From the IMG/VR virus record IMGVR_UViG_2861773553_000003, positions 1-64,000 of that record: a DNA stretch of 64,000 nucleotides; one strand, given 5' to 3'. Source of the stretch: a virus (taxonomy: Duplodnaviria; Caudoviricetes). Below, in pieces: positions 18,005-27,878 of the stretch. Position 1 is the stretch's first letter. Every line of letters begins with the position of its first letter. The notes below the pieces were generated by a model. The model had not been told where the DNA came from, made no database searches, and saw only the letters and a list, made by a program, of their open reading frames with translations. Position numbers and translations under genes: made by a program.

Positions 18005-18613
18005 GTGAGCACGCGCCCGCCGGGCTCCGGGCCCGGCCGCCGCCCACGGCCGCGTGCCCAGCGCCTGGCCCCCTGCACGCTGTGCGGCGGGTCCGGCGCA
18101 GCCGAGATGGTCACCACGAACGTGGAGCTGGCCAGCGCGGCGTTCGGCCAGTCCGAGAAACCACAGCCGCCCCGCCTGGCCCTGATGCTCGATGAGCACC
18201 TGGCCGTCGACTCGCACCGGTCGGCCGTCGTCGGACTGGCGAGCCACCTGTGGTGGCCGGATCTCACACCGCCGGACGGGCAGGTGACGGCGACGGCGGC
18301 GATCGACGCCATACCCCAGAGCGTCATCGACCTCCTCCGCGCCCGACTGGGGCGCCAGCAGCGCGTCCTGGGGGCGATGTTCGTCATCAGCTACGGGCCG
18401 GCCGAGTTCGACCCGCTGGAGAGCCTGCTCGGCGATGCCGACGGCGTCCTCGTCGTCGGGGCGAGCGTCTGCGGCCACGTGCTCATGATCAATCAGCCCT
18501 ACCGAGAAGAGGACCCCGCCGAGGTTCTCAGCATCACCCTCGGCGACCAGGACCTCGGCATGCCCAACGCCCTGCGTCGCCTCGCCCGACGCTTCGACAC
18601 CCCCGCACCGTAA
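18005..18613 (+). CDS. Hypothetical protein with CxxC
   Basis: CTLCGGSG; protein-like 3' part of the long ORF; start uncertain. Confidence 0.55.
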   Translation: MSTRPPGSGPGRRPRPRAQRLAPCTLCGGSGAAEMVTTNVELASAAFGQSEKPQPPRLALMLDEHLAVDSHRSAVVGLASHLWWPDLTPPDGQVTATAAIDAIPQSVIDLLRARLGRQQRVLGAMFVISYGPAEFDPLESLLGDADGVLVVGASVCGHVLMINQPYREEDPAEVLSITLGDQDLGMPNALRRLARRFDTPAP

Positions 18614-18647
18614 CCACCCCGAAAGAACCACCCCGAAAGGACTCCAC

Positions 18648-19901
18648 ATGGACGTCAACGCGGCCTTCCTGGCCGAGAAGCGGGACCAGCTCGCGCGCCA
18701 GCGCGAGGCCCGGGACGCGGCCATCGCCGCCGAGGCCGACAAGGCCGCCTGGATCGAGTCGCAGGTGGCCGCCGGCCGCATGCAACAGATCGGCCCCGAC
18801 CGGTACCGCGTCCTGACCGGATGGGACGCCGGGGAGGTGTTCACCGTCCGCCGCGTCGGCGACCAGGTCGAGGTGGTCGCCCAGCACGGGCTGGACACCA
18901 GCACCGGCGGCGTCGCCCTCTACACCCGCCGCCCCGAGTGGCACAACGTCGGCACCGTGATCCCGGACGGGCTGACCAGCATCGAGTCGGTCCTGCGGGC
19001 CGCGCGGATCGACTGGCGCGCGACCAAGAAGCGCCTGCGGTACACCACCCTGGCCGACGACGACCCGGCGCTGTCCACCCTGTCGGCCGCCGACCTGCGC
19101 GTCTCGCCCGATGACTACGTGGTGATCCGGGAGGACACCGGCGCGCGCCTGGGCCGCGTCGGCGGCCTGTACGAGGTGATCCAGCAGCGGGACATGTTCC
19201 GCTTCCTGGAGGACCTGACCGAGAGCGGCGACGTCGTGTGGGAGACCGCCGGGGCCTTGCGGGGCGGCCGGAAGGTCTTCGTCACCGCGCAGATCCCCGA
19301 GTCGATCATCGTGGACCGGGGCGGGCTGGACGACGAGATCCAGCTCTACCTGGCCGTCATCAACTCCCACGACGGCCGCTCCGGCGCCGAGGCCGTCGTC
19401 ACCCCGTGGCGCATCGCCTGCAGCAATACCGAACGCTTCGCCGTCCGCGACGCCCGCACCCGCTGGAAGATCCGGCACACCCCCAACGCGCTGCAGCGCG
19501 TGGCGCAGGCGCGGGACACGCTGGGGCTGACCCTGAAGTACGCCCAGCAGTGGGAGCAGGAGGAGACCCAGCTCGCCCGCACCGACATCCTCCTGGACGA
19601 GGTGCGGGGCCTGATCGACGAGCTGTGGCCGCTCAAGGACGACGCCGACGCGTCCGCTCGCACCCGGCACCACACCAGGGCCGACCACATCATGGCCCTG
19701 TTCGAGGGGGAGAGTCAGCGCCTGGGCCGCTCGGCGTACGCCGCGGAGCGGACCATGACCGACTTCCTCGACCACTACCAGCCCCGGGGCAGCCGGACCA
19801 TGAGCGAGGAGGTGGCCCGCGCCACCGCGCTCTTGGAGGGCGCCGACGACGAGCGCAAGTCCACCGTGCACCGCCGGCTCATGCGCCTGGTGCGCGCCTG
19901 A
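18648..19901 (+). CDS. DUF932-domain phage/plasmid protein
   Basis: WHNVG, YEVIQ, WETAGALRGGRKVF, NSHDG and RIACSNT motifs. Confidence 0.85.
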   Translation: MDVNAAFLAEKRDQLARQREARDAAIAAEADKAAWIESQVAAGRMQQIGPDRYRVLTGWDAGEVFTVRRVGDQVEVVAQHGLDTSTGGVALYTRRPEWHNVGTVIPDGLTSIESVLRAARIDWRATKKRLRYTTLADDDPALSTLSAADLRVSPDDYVVIREDTGARLGRVGGLYEVIQQRDMFRFLEDLTESGDVVWETAGALRGGRKVFVTAQIPESIIVDRGGLDDEIQLYLAVINSHDGRSGAEAVVTPWRIACSNTERFAVRDARTRWKIRHTPNALQRVAQARDTLGLTLKYAQQWEQEETQLARTDILLDEVRGLIDELWPLKDDADASARTRHHTRADHIMALFEGESQRLGRSAYAAERTMTDFLDHYQPRGSRTMSEEVARATALLEGADDERKSTVHRRLMRLVRA

Positions 19902-19966
19902 CCGATCAATCCCGGGCGCGGCCGGGGTGGGCCCCGGCCGCGCCCCCCATGGAGGGTGGTGGAGGA

Positions 19967-20212
19967 ATGGAGATCGACGACGAGGTCGTCGCCGACTTTG
20001 TCGGCGCCTTCGACGCGCAACCGGCGGACGCGCTGGCGGCCAGTCTCACGTGCACCGAGCTCGACATCCTGGCGCGGCTGTTCCGGGCGATGGGCCGGCC
20101 GGACCTGGCCGAGGTGTGGACCGAGTGCCACGCCGACCAGGACGACCAGGGAGACGCGCACTACATCGGAGGCGGCCAGGACGGTGAGGAAGGCGACCGT
20201 GCGCCGCAGTGA
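19967..20212 (+). CDS. Small acidic hypothetical protein
   Basis: LTCTELDILARL...H..D..GDAH; GGAGG upstream. Confidence 0.6.
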   Translation: MEIDDEVVADFVGAFDAQPADALAASLTCTELDILARLFRAMGRPDLAEVWTECHADQDDQGDAHYIGGGQDGEEGDRAPQ

Positions 20213-20699
20213 CATCGATGCCGCCCTGCGGGCCATCTACGACCAGATCCCCGAGGTGGGCTGCGTCGGCCGGTGCGCCGACGTCTGCGGGCCGATCGAG
20301 ATGCATCCCCGCGAGCGGCAGCGCATCGCCCAGGCGGGGGTGCCGATCCCGCCGTGGCAGGAGCAACTCGACGTCCTGGCCCGCACCGGGGACTACAGCT
20401 GCCCGGCCCTGATCGAGGGCCGATGCAGCGTGTACGAGCTGCGCCCGGTCATCTGCCGGCTCTGGGGGGCGGCCCAGACGCTGGTGTGCCCGTACGGCTG
20501 CCGCCCGGCCCAGGGCGGCCTGCTCAGCGACGAGGACGCCTACGGACTGTTGGCCCAGGCGCTGGCGATCGCCAACCCCCAGCTCGACGACGGCGCGATC
20601 GACCGGCTGCGGCGCAGTCTGGCCAATCCCGCGACGCGCGTGACGATGCGCCAGTACGTCACCCGCACCCGGCTGGGGCGGCCGCCCCTCCCCGGCTAG
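20199..20699 (+). CDS. YkgJ-like cysteine-cluster protein
   Basis: CVGRCADVCGP...CPAL..GRCSVYELRPVICRLWG. Confidence 0.75.
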   Translation: MRRSDIDAALRAIYDQIPEVGCVGRCADVCGPIEMHPRERQRIAQAGVPIPPWQEQLDVLARTGDYSCPALIEGRCSVYELRPVICRLWGAAQTLVCPYGCRPAQGGLLSDEDAYGLLAQALAIANPQLDDGAIDRLRRSLANPATRVTMRQYVTRTRLGRPPLPG

Positions 20700-20712
20700 G
20701 CCGTCGTCGCGG

Positions 20713-20794
20713 TGTCTCACGCGTGAGACATCTGGACGTCGCCTCACCGGCCGCAGGTCCGGGGCTACGGCTCTCCTGTCTCACGCGTGAGACG
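20713..20794. repeat. parS-like palindrome TGTCTCACGCGTGAGACA, distal pair
   Basis: 20713-20730 perfect; 20777-20794 one terminal mismatch. Confidence 0.75.
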
Positions 20795-21069
20795 CCGTCC
20801 TCGCGGCCCTCGCGCCGGGGCGAGCGCCTTGCGGGCATCCCCCCGGGGAGGTGTCGATCCCGCCTCGCACCGTCGCCACCCCCTGTCAGTAATCGCTTTC
20901 GCGGCGCGCGAAAAGGTTTCACGCGTCGCGAAAGCGCAACCTGGGAGGCATTGGAGACCCGTGATAATCCGGCTTATCACGGGTCCTGGTGCCTCACCCG
21001 CCTGGGCGGAAACCCCAGGCCAGCAGCCATATTCGTCCCCCGACCCCTCTGCCGAGAGGACCGACGACC

Positions 21070-21315
21070 ATGCCCATCTTTTACCGTCCCCGCCTCGTAC
21101 CCGATCTCCCCGCCTTTCCCCGCCAGCTCCTCCTGTCGCACGACGGGGAGCTCGCCTGCCGCTGCGGCAACATGCCCCACATCGAGGGCTTCGCCTACGC
21201 GGCCGCCGACGGAACCGTACTGGACGAGCCCACCGATGACTGGGAGGCCGGCCTCTACCACTGCTCGAACCCCGCGTGCGGGATCTACATCGACTGTCGC
21301 GACCCGCAGCGATGA
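21070..21315 (+). CDS. Small Zn-ribbon-like protein
   Basis: CRCGN...EGF...CSNPACG; GAGG SD. Confidence 0.6.
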   Translation: MPIFYRPRLVPDLPAFPRQLLLSHDGELACRCGNMPHIEGFAYAAADGTVLDEPTDDWEAGLYHCSNPACGIYIDCRDPQR

Positions 21316-21630
21316 ACCCCGTGCCGTACCGCGACCGCACCATATGAGGCGAAAACGATGCCTGCGCCCGTGAACGGGGCCACACTGGTGCTGACCTACC
21401 GCCGGCCCGGCGGCGAGGTTCTCACGGTTCGCGTCGCCGCCGACGGGGACCTTCCCTGCGCGCTCTGCCCGGCCTGCCGGGCCGAGACCGTCTAGGCCGA
21501 ACGCGTCGTGGTGCTACGCCCGTCGCGCTCGCCGGCCAGGCCGTCAAGTTCGGTGGCCGCCCGGGGATCCGGCTCGTCTGCCGGGCCCCGGGCTGCCCGA
21601 TGGAACCCTCACCCGTTCTGGAGAGATGCC

Positions 21631-21990
21631 ATGAGCCGCCCCAGCCCGCCCTCATCCGCCAAGCTGATACAGCTGCTGGATCTCGGGGTTGAGACCCTCG
21701 AAGCGTACGGCCGCGCCGAGCTGGCGGCGGAGGACTGCGAGGTGATCCCGGCCAAGGGCCTGAGCGACGAGGCGCTGACCGAGCTCGGGTTCACCCTTGG
21801 GCCCGTCGATCCCGTCGATCCGCTGTTCCGTGAGGCGACCCTGCCCCGGGGATGGCAACGCCGTCTCGATCCGGAAGACTCCCGGAGCGTTCTGGTGTAC
21901 GACCGCGCCGGGCAGCGGCGGCTGCGCCTGTGGTACAAGGCCGCTCCGTACGACCGGGACGCGCGCATCTCAATCGAGTACCGCCCGTAG
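21631..21990 (+). CDS. Hypothetical phage-type protein
   Basis: LGF..G..DPLFREATLPRGW...YKAAPYDRDA; GGAG SD. Confidence 0.7.
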   Translation: MSRPSPPSSAKLIQLLDLGVETLEAYGRAELAAEDCEVIPAKGLSDEALTELGFTLGPVDPVDPLFREATLPRGWQRRLDPEDSRSVLVYDRAGQRRLRLWYKAAPYDRDARISIEYRP

Positions 21991-22122
21991 CCGCATCGGG
22001 CGGACGTGCGTCCGCCCTGCGGCCCCTCCCGAGTCCGGCCAAAGCGAGGGATCGGCTCTTGTCCATCTGTAGTGAGTGAAGGGCCCGACCGGGGGTCACC
22101 CACCGCAGTGCAGGGAGACGTC

Positions 22123-23217
22123 ATGAGCCAAGACGCGTACCGGTTCGCCGCCCTCGACCCTCGCCCCGTCCCCGAGGCGCGGGAGCACAACGCGGCGGTG
22201 ATCGTCCAGCCCGCCCTGGGCATCAAGGTCACCGCGCCCCAGGTCGCGGCCGCATGCGACCTGGGGACCATCGGCCCCGAGGATCAGGACGAGGGCACCG
22301 GCACGGTCGCGATCGAGTCGGCGCTGACCTGCCCCCTGCCGCCGGCGGGGACGACCCTGGTCACGGCCGACCCGGACGCGGGCAGCCTCGGCGCGATGGC
22401 CGTGCTGGCGCTGCGTGCGGCCAAACGACCGCTCGACGCTGGCGTACTCGACCGGGTCCGCCTGATCGCGGCGGCCGACGCCGCGGCGGCCGCCCCGTGG
22501 CCGGGACCGCAGCCGACGTCTACGCCCGAGGACCTGGTAGGCCCGGCCACGCCCGTGTTCCATGCGGCCGCCGACCCCGCCCGGTCCGTGGCCGAGCGCG
22601 TCGACCTGCTCGCCGACTGGCTGCGGGGGCGGCCGGCGGCGGAGGAGGCCATGGCCGGCTATCGCGCCCGCGCCCTGGATGAGGCCCGCACGGCTCTGGC
22701 CGACCTCCGGATCCGTGTGCACGGGCCCATCGCCGTGGTCATCGGCACCAGCCGCGCGGCGCTCACCCTCGGCCACCGTAGTGCGCCGATGGCGCTGCAC
22801 ACCGACGCGGGACTCCCGGCCGCAGGCGGGAAGCTCCAGCACACCCTGGCCCGGTGGAATCGGCACACCCAGTCCTACCTGGGATGGCCTGAGCTGAGGG
22901 AGGATCTCAACGCCGCCGACCCGGTCGTCACCGCCGCCGCGAGCTGGGGCGGCTCGGCGAGCACCCTGAGGTCACCCCACGGCGTCGGTTCCGGCCTCAG
23001 TACCGAGGACGTCCTGGCGATCGTGCGCGAGCACCTGGCCGACGGGATGGAGCATCGCGGCTACGACCTCGTCCTGTACGCCGAGTACTACGCGGGCATG
23101 GCCGAGCGGGAGCTGCCGTACGACGAGGATGACGCCACACAGGTCGAGGAGGCCCTGCGGCAGCTCGCCAGGGACCGGGCGGCCCTGCGGGCCTGGGACG
23201 ACACCGCGCGGGAGTGA
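22123..23217 (+). CDS. Hypothetical protein, possibly a degenerate DHH-like fold
   Basis: LVTADPDAGSLGAMAVL and WGGS motifs; GGAG SD. Confidence 0.6.
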   Translation: MSQDAYRFAALDPRPVPEAREHNAAVIVQPALGIKVTAPQVAAACDLGTIGPEDQDEGTGTVAIESALTCPLPPAGTTLVTADPDAGSLGAMAVLALRAAKRPLDAGVLDRVRLIAAADAAAAAPWPGPQPTSTPEDLVGPATPVFHAAADPARSVAERVDLLADWLRGRPAAEEAMAGYRARALDEARTALADLRIRVHGPIAVVIGTSRAALTLGHRSAPMALHTDAGLPAAGGKLQHTLARWNRHTQSYLGWPELREDLNAADPVVTAAASWGGSASTLRSPHGVGSGLSTEDVLAIVREHLADGMEHRGYDLVLYAEYYAGMAERELPYDEDDATQVEEALRQLARDRAALRAWDDTARE

Positions 23218-23436
23218 GCGGAGGCCACCATCAGGAATCACCCCGGGCGGGCGATGGTGTAGCGTGCCGTACGGCTCGCGCACAGCCCGCCCAGTCCGAC
23301 CCCGCCTACGCCGGGGACCGGGCGCCGACGGCGAAGGTCCCGAGCGGACCGCGCACCCCTCAGACGTTCACGCCCGCACGGGCACTGGGTTCTCCTCTGG
23401 GCGGGGTGCGTAGGGCTCCGCCCGGAAGGACGCTCC

Positions 23437-24432
23437 ATGCCCCGGCATGCCGACCGCAAGCAGCACACACGCGAGTACGCCACCCGCAACGGCCTGACCT
23501 ACCAGCGGGCCGAAGCCCAGCTCCGCGCGCGCCGGGCCGACCCCGAACATGATCGGGTCCGCCGCTACGTGCTCTCCGGCGAGGTCGCGGCCATCCTGGC
23601 CGGAGAGGGGCTGCGCGGCGTGGCCCAGGTCGAGCCCGCGGACGCGTGGCTGGCGCGTCGCACTCCGCGCTACGAGTGCGACGTGTGCCACCGGGAGGGC
23701 GACGCCCGGATCGAGGACACCACACTGGGCCTCGTCATGGCCGCCTACGACCCCGACATCAGCCCGGTCACCGGCATGATCAGCTCCCGGCGCCAGCACG
23801 CCGCCTGCGGCGGCTGCTGGGTGCACTGGGCCTACAACGTCGAGATCCCGCAGGGACCCACGTTCCTGTCGCTGCCGGCGATCGCCGAGCCGGATCTGGC
23901 GGCGGAGCTGTCGGTCGAGGTGCACCCGATCCTGCTGCCCGACGGGGAAGGGGAGCAGCAGCCGGCGTTGATGACCACCGTCCAGGTCACCAAGGACGCG
24001 GGCGCGGGCGCGGCGGCGTGGCTGTCGCAGCTTGAGCTCATGCTGCGCGAGGCCGGCTTCGGCACCCTGGACGACCCCGGCGAGGCCGAGGGGTGGAGCG
24101 TTCGCGTGGTCGAGCACTATCCCGCGTCGTACACCGCGCAGTGGGTGGCGGTCCGGGCCACGCCTGCGCGGGACGGGGTCGCGCCGGACCACGTGTACCT
24201 GGGGGCCTGGTCGCCGTCGTGGGAATGGCTGGCCGCCGTCGGCCGATCCCGGCACATCCTGCTGATCGTGGGCCCGGTGAGCGTCGCCGGGGAGGTGCCT
24301 GACCCGCCGGACCCCGGGAACGTCGAAGCGCTGTGGGAGCTGGACGAGGAGGGTGCCCTGCTCGCCGCCCAGGTGCCGTTCGAGCTGGACGACATGTCCG
24401 ATCGCGTTCCCCGGCCCGAACGGCCGGAGTGA
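23437..24432 (+). CDS. Hypothetical protein
   Basis: AAGGA SD; N-terminal RKQHTREYATRNGLTYQRA; CDVC..HAAC. Confidence 0.7.
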   Translation: MPRHADRKQHTREYATRNGLTYQRAEAQLRARRADPEHDRVRRYVLSGEVAAILAGEGLRGVAQVEPADAWLARRTPRYECDVCHREGDARIEDTTLGLVMAAYDPDISPVTGMISSRRQHAACGGCWVHWAYNVEIPQGPTFLSLPAIAEPDLAAELSVEVHPILLPDGEGEQQPALMTTVQVTKDAGAGAAAWLSQLELMLREAGFGTLDDPGEAEGWSVRVVEHYPASYTAQWVAVRATPARDGVAPDHVYLGAWSPSWEWLAAVGRSRHILLIVGPVSVAGEVPDPPDPGNVEALWELDEEGALLAAQVPFELDDMSDRVPRPERPE

Positions 24433-24438
24433 GCGAGG

Positions 24439-24539
24439 TGTCTCACGCGTGAGACAGACACGGGACCATGTCTCACGCGTGAGACAGTCCTCGTCTCTCA
24501 CGCGTGAGACAGACGCGCGGGTGTCTCACGCGTGAGACA
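24439..24539. repeat. parS-like palindrome cluster (4 copies)
   Basis: TGTCTCACGCGTGAGACA at 24439, 24469 and 24522; one-mismatch copy at 24494; immediately downstream of the parA operon. Confidence 0.8.
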
Positions 24540-24552
24540 CCTTGCGACGGGG

Positions 24553-25557
24553 CTACTGTCCCGACTCCAGCTCACGGGTGCGCCGCTGGACGACCTCGTC
24601 CAGGATGTCCTCGGGAACGTCGGCCTCCAGCTCAGTGGTCAGATCCTGCAGGGCCTGCAGGATCCGCCGTGTATCCAGCAGCAGGGCGGCCGCGCCTTCG
24701 GGGTAGTACTCGACCAGGTCGCGCAGCTTCTTGCGCCGGGCGTCGTCGCTGATCGCCATGGACTCGGCGGCCTGGGTCGCGGTCCGCACGGCCACCTCAT
24801 ATCGCTGGTAGGTCGAGCGCACCCGTTTCGGTGCCTCGCCGGTGAACTGCTCCAGCTGCTTGGGCTCGCCCAGCCCCAGCACCGTGCGCGCCCTCTTCAA
24901 GCCGGCTTCGCCGATGTCGCCCTCGGCGTTCGCCAGGTCGAAGACGGCGCGCGCCTTGTCGGGCCCATGCTTTTTAATCAGCGGGCCCAGGATGCTGGTT
25001 TGCCGGAACGACCAGTCGAGCTCCAGGTCGGGCCAGGTGCGCACGACCCGGCCGTACTCGATCAGGCGGTAGGCGTGCGCGCGCTTGTACCCGAACCGCT
25101 CCTCGGCGTAGACCTCGAAGTTGGGCACCAGGCCGTGCTCTTGGATGTGCGCGAGCGCACCCCCGATCGAGGCGGCGATGTACCGGCGCATGTACCGGTC
25201 CGTCAGCTGCTTGTGCTCGGCCGCGTCCCGGATCGCCCGCTCGCAGGCGGCCAGCTGCTCGGCCGGGGTGCCCTCGGGTTCGTCGAAGGTGGGCAGCAGA
25301 GCGAAGTAGTTCTGCAGCGCCTTCTCCGGCGTGTCCGGCAGGGCCGGCGGTGCGGGCGCGGGACGGGACGTGGGCGCCCACTCGGCGTCGGCCTGAGGCG
25401 AGACCGGTTCGGAGAACTCCACCTTGTCCAGCGCGGCCGTGCCGCCGCCGATCGTCCGGCGGCCGCGCGGTGCCCGGCGGCGGGGCGCCGTGACGGAGTC
25501 CTCGGCCTGGGCGGCCGGCTCCGCCCCGGCGGCGGCGGTATCGGTCTCGGCGCTCAT
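24553..25557 (-). CDS. Putative partition adaptor / centromere-binding protein (ParA partner)
   Basis: Overlaps the parA stop; HTH-like segment NFEVYAEERFGYKRAHAYRLI; no ParB CTPase motif seen. Confidence 0.6.
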   Translation of the reverse strand: MSAETDTAAAGAEPAAQAEDSVTAPRRRAPRGRRTIGGGTAALDKVEFSEPVSPQADAEWAPTSRPAPAPPALPDTPEKALQNYFALLPTFDEPEGTPAEQLAACERAIRDAAEHKQLTDRYMRRYIAASIGGALAHIQEHGLVPNFEVYAEERFGYKRAHAYRLIEYGRVVRTWPDLELDWSFRQTSILGPLIKKHGPDKARAVFDLANAEGDIGEAGLKRARTVLGLGEPKQLEQFTGEAPKRVRSTYQRYEVAVRTATQAAESMAISDDARRKKLRDLVEYYPEGAAALLLDTRRILQALQDLTTELEADVPEDILDEVVQRRTRELESGQ

Positions 25558-26261
25558 GCGGCGTCCTCATCGTAGGGGGCGACCAGCTCGTCGCCGACGT
25601 CCTCGTACTCGGCCAGGTCGTGCAGCGGGTTCTCGCTGTGGATGGCCTGGCGGTACCACTTCCAGTTCGTCGCCTGCGCCTGGAACGCCTCGAAGTCGTG
25701 CCGGCCGAGCCAGGCGCGGGCGTCGCGCCCCTCGTTCGAGGGCGGGGAAGGCACCTTGGTGAGCAGGACCCGGACCCCGATCTCGTGCGCCACGTCCTGG
25801 GCGGCCTCCTCGGCCGCCTTGAACGTCGGCGGCACGCGCTCCAGCTCGCCGGGGGTGGGCGCGACCGCGATGACCAGCTCGTGCGACTTGCGCAGCGCCG
25901 CCTTGAAGATGTCGGGGCTCTCGCCGCCGGTATCGACGATGATCACGTCATAGGCGCCCTGCTCGACGTGGTCGTCGATGCAGTCGTCCACGTGCGGGCT
26001 GGGGAAGGTGACCAGGGTGAAGGGGAGCTCGACCCCGCGGCGCTTGAGGTTGCGGTACCAGGAGTAGCAGGTCTGGGACAGCGGGTCGGCGTCGACGACG
26101 AGCACGCGCAGGCCGTACACCTTGGCGAAGAACACCGCGAGGAAGAACGTGCTGGTGCTCTTGCCCGCGCCTCCCTTCAGGATCCCGACCGTGATGACCA
26201 GCGGCCGGGGAAGGCGAAGTCTGCGCTCGCTCCGGGCGGGGCGTGCGGCGGTGATGGACAT
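25554..26261 (-). CDS. parA: ParA-family partition ATPase
   Basis: Deviant Walker A KGGAGKST, VLVVDADP and IIVDTG motifs. Confidence 0.9.
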   Translation of the reverse strand: MSITAARPARSERRLRLPRPLVITVGILKGGAGKSTSTFFLAVFFAKVYGLRVLVVDADPLSQTCYSWYRNLKRRGVELPFTLVTFPSPHVDDCIDDHVEQGAYDVIIVDTGGESPDIFKAALRKSHELVIAVAPTPGELERVPPTFKAAEEAAQDVAHEIGVRVLLTKVPSPPSNEGRDARAWLGRHDFEAFQAQATNWKWYRQAIHSENPLHDLAEYEDVGDELVAPYDEDAA

Positions 26262-26342
26262 GGGCGGTACCTCCTGCGACGGAACGCCCGCCGTGAGGAG
26301 GGCGCAAGCGACATCCTAGAGAGGCGTTTCGGTGCGAGCACG

Positions 26343-26381
26343 GCGAAAGGCCGTCCGGCGCTGAGCCGGGACGGCCTTTCG
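26343..26381. terminator. Hairpin between the RHH gene and parA
   Basis: GCGAAAGGCCGTCC ... GGACGGCCTTTCGC inverted repeat. Confidence 0.55.
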
Positions 26382-26424
26382 CACCCCGTCGCAGGGGATG
26401 TGCCCAGCCTACGCCAGGAGCCGC

Positions 26425-26970
26425 TCAGTCTTCGGCGGCATCATCCTCGGGTGGGTCGTCGGGGATGCCGAGGGCGTCGAAATAGTGCTCCAGGGCCTCG
26501 ATCCCCAGGTACTTGGGCATGGTGCCGGTGCGGTCCCAGGCGAGCTTGAGCCGATCCCGGGTGCGGTGCAGCAGCCAGACGGTGACGGGGTAGTCATGGA
26601 CCCAGACGGGCGGGGAGGTCCGCGGGGTGGGTGTGCGGGTGGGAGCGGCCGCCTGGACCTCTTCGGGGGTGGGCTCGGCGGGGATCTGCAGTTCGTCGAA
26701 CAGACGGTTCAGCGCGGCCTCGATGATGTCCTGGCGGCCGTCGCCGGTGCGCCGGCAGGCGACGGTGAGCCGGCGGTTGAGGGTCTCGTCGAGCCGGAAC
26801 TGGATGCGCTTGCGTTCGGCCGCGGCACGGGCGGCGCGGGCGCGCACGCGCTTGCGACGGGGCGCGGCGGCGCTGGCGGGTGGGGCCGGGGCCGGCGGGG
26901 TGGGCGCGTCAGGCAGGGGCGGCTGGAACAGCGCCTCGGGCACCTCGCGCCGCGGGGGCTGTTCGGGCAT
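26425..26970 (-). CDS. Tandem RHH-like DNA-binding protein
   Basis: IQFRLDETLNRRL..RQDIIEAALNRL and VTVWL..TRDRL..LGIEALEHYF. Confidence 0.6.
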   Translation of the reverse strand: MPEQPPRREVPEALFQPPLPDAPTPPAPAPPASAAAPRRKRVRARAARAAAERKRIQFRLDETLNRRLTVACRRTGDGRQDIIEAALNRLFDELQIPAEPTPEEVQAAAPTRTPTPRTSPPVWVHDYPVTVWLLHRTRDRLKLAWDRTGTMPKYLGIEALEHYFDALGIPDDPPEDDAAED

Positions 26971-27108
26971 GCGGATCTCCCGGGGTTCGGTCCGGCGGGG
27001 GTGTCTCTAATGGGTCTCACGTTTTGGGTTTTTTCGCAAGCTGGGGTTCTTGGGCGTGGCGGGGACCTGGCGGTCCCCAACCGAATTGTTTGACTTAGAT
27101 ACAAGCTG

Positions 27109-27137
27109 TTGCGATATCACTACAGATATGTTAGAAT
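27109..27137 (+). promoter_or_regulatory. Putative housekeeping-sigma promoter
   Basis: TTGCGA-N17-TAGAAT in an AT-rich divergent intergenic region. Confidence 0.55.
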
Positions 27138-27297
27138 GAGAGGAAGCTAGCAGGACTGCGCGCACTTGCGATCTTGAGGGGGCCGGGTCTCCTTTCGCCG
27201 CCCCGCCCGCCGCGCGCGCCCGCCCTGCCCACCTCCGTCGCCGCATCGGCACGTACCCCCCTAGCCGCACGCACGAACGCGTGCAGAAAGGAAGGCC

Positions 27298-27612
27298 ATG
27301 GTGCATCCCCTGTGCTCGAAGGATCCGCTGGGAGACGCCGTCGCCTGGCTGTACGAGCGCCGCTATCCGTCCGACCCGATGCTGGACTACCCGTGGGGCC
27401 TGGAGGACGCCGTCCGCGCGGTGGCCGAGACCTATCGAACCCTGGGCCCGGGGCCGGAGTACCAGCGGCTGGCCTGGAACGCGCTGCACGGCGAGCGGGC
27501 CTGCACCAGCTCGGCGCTGACCGGCTTCACCGCCAGCGCCGAGCTGCGTGAGCTGACCGCGCGCGTGGACGCGTTGGTCCACCTCGTCACCAGCGATGAT
27601 GACGAGTGGTGA
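27298..27612 (+). CDS. Hypothetical protein
   Basis: AGGAAGG SD; first gene of a long coupled operon. Confidence 0.65.
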   Translation: MVHPLCSKDPLGDAVAWLYERRYPSDPMLDYPWGLEDAVRAVAETYRTLGPGPEYQRLAWNALHGERACTSSALTGFTASAELRELTARVDALVHLVTSDDDEW

Positions 27613-27859
27613 GCTGGACTGGCTCGACGGGGCCAACGCCCTCCTGGGCTCGGTGCACGGCATCTGGTGGGCACGGGAGTACGCCCGCAACGCCGGCCTG
27701 CGCCGCTGGTTCGGGCGCGTGATCGTCCCCAGCTACGGCCCGACGCTGGCCGCCCTCGTCGCCGCGCTCTTGGTGGTCTTTTGGTGGCACGTGCTCCTGC
27801 TGGCCTGGATCGCCTTCGGCACCCCCGAAGACCCCCCCGAGGACCCCTCTACCCGCTGA
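27596..27859 (+). CDS. Small membrane protein
   Basis: Hydrophobic LAALVAALLVVFWWHVLLLAWIAF segment. Confidence 0.55.
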   Translation: MMTSGELDWLDGANALLGSVHGIWWAREYARNAGLRRWFGRVIVPSYGPTLAALVAALLVVFWWHVLLLAWIAFGTPEDPPEDPSTR

Positions 27860-27878
27860 CCCCCACGGAGGCAGCACC

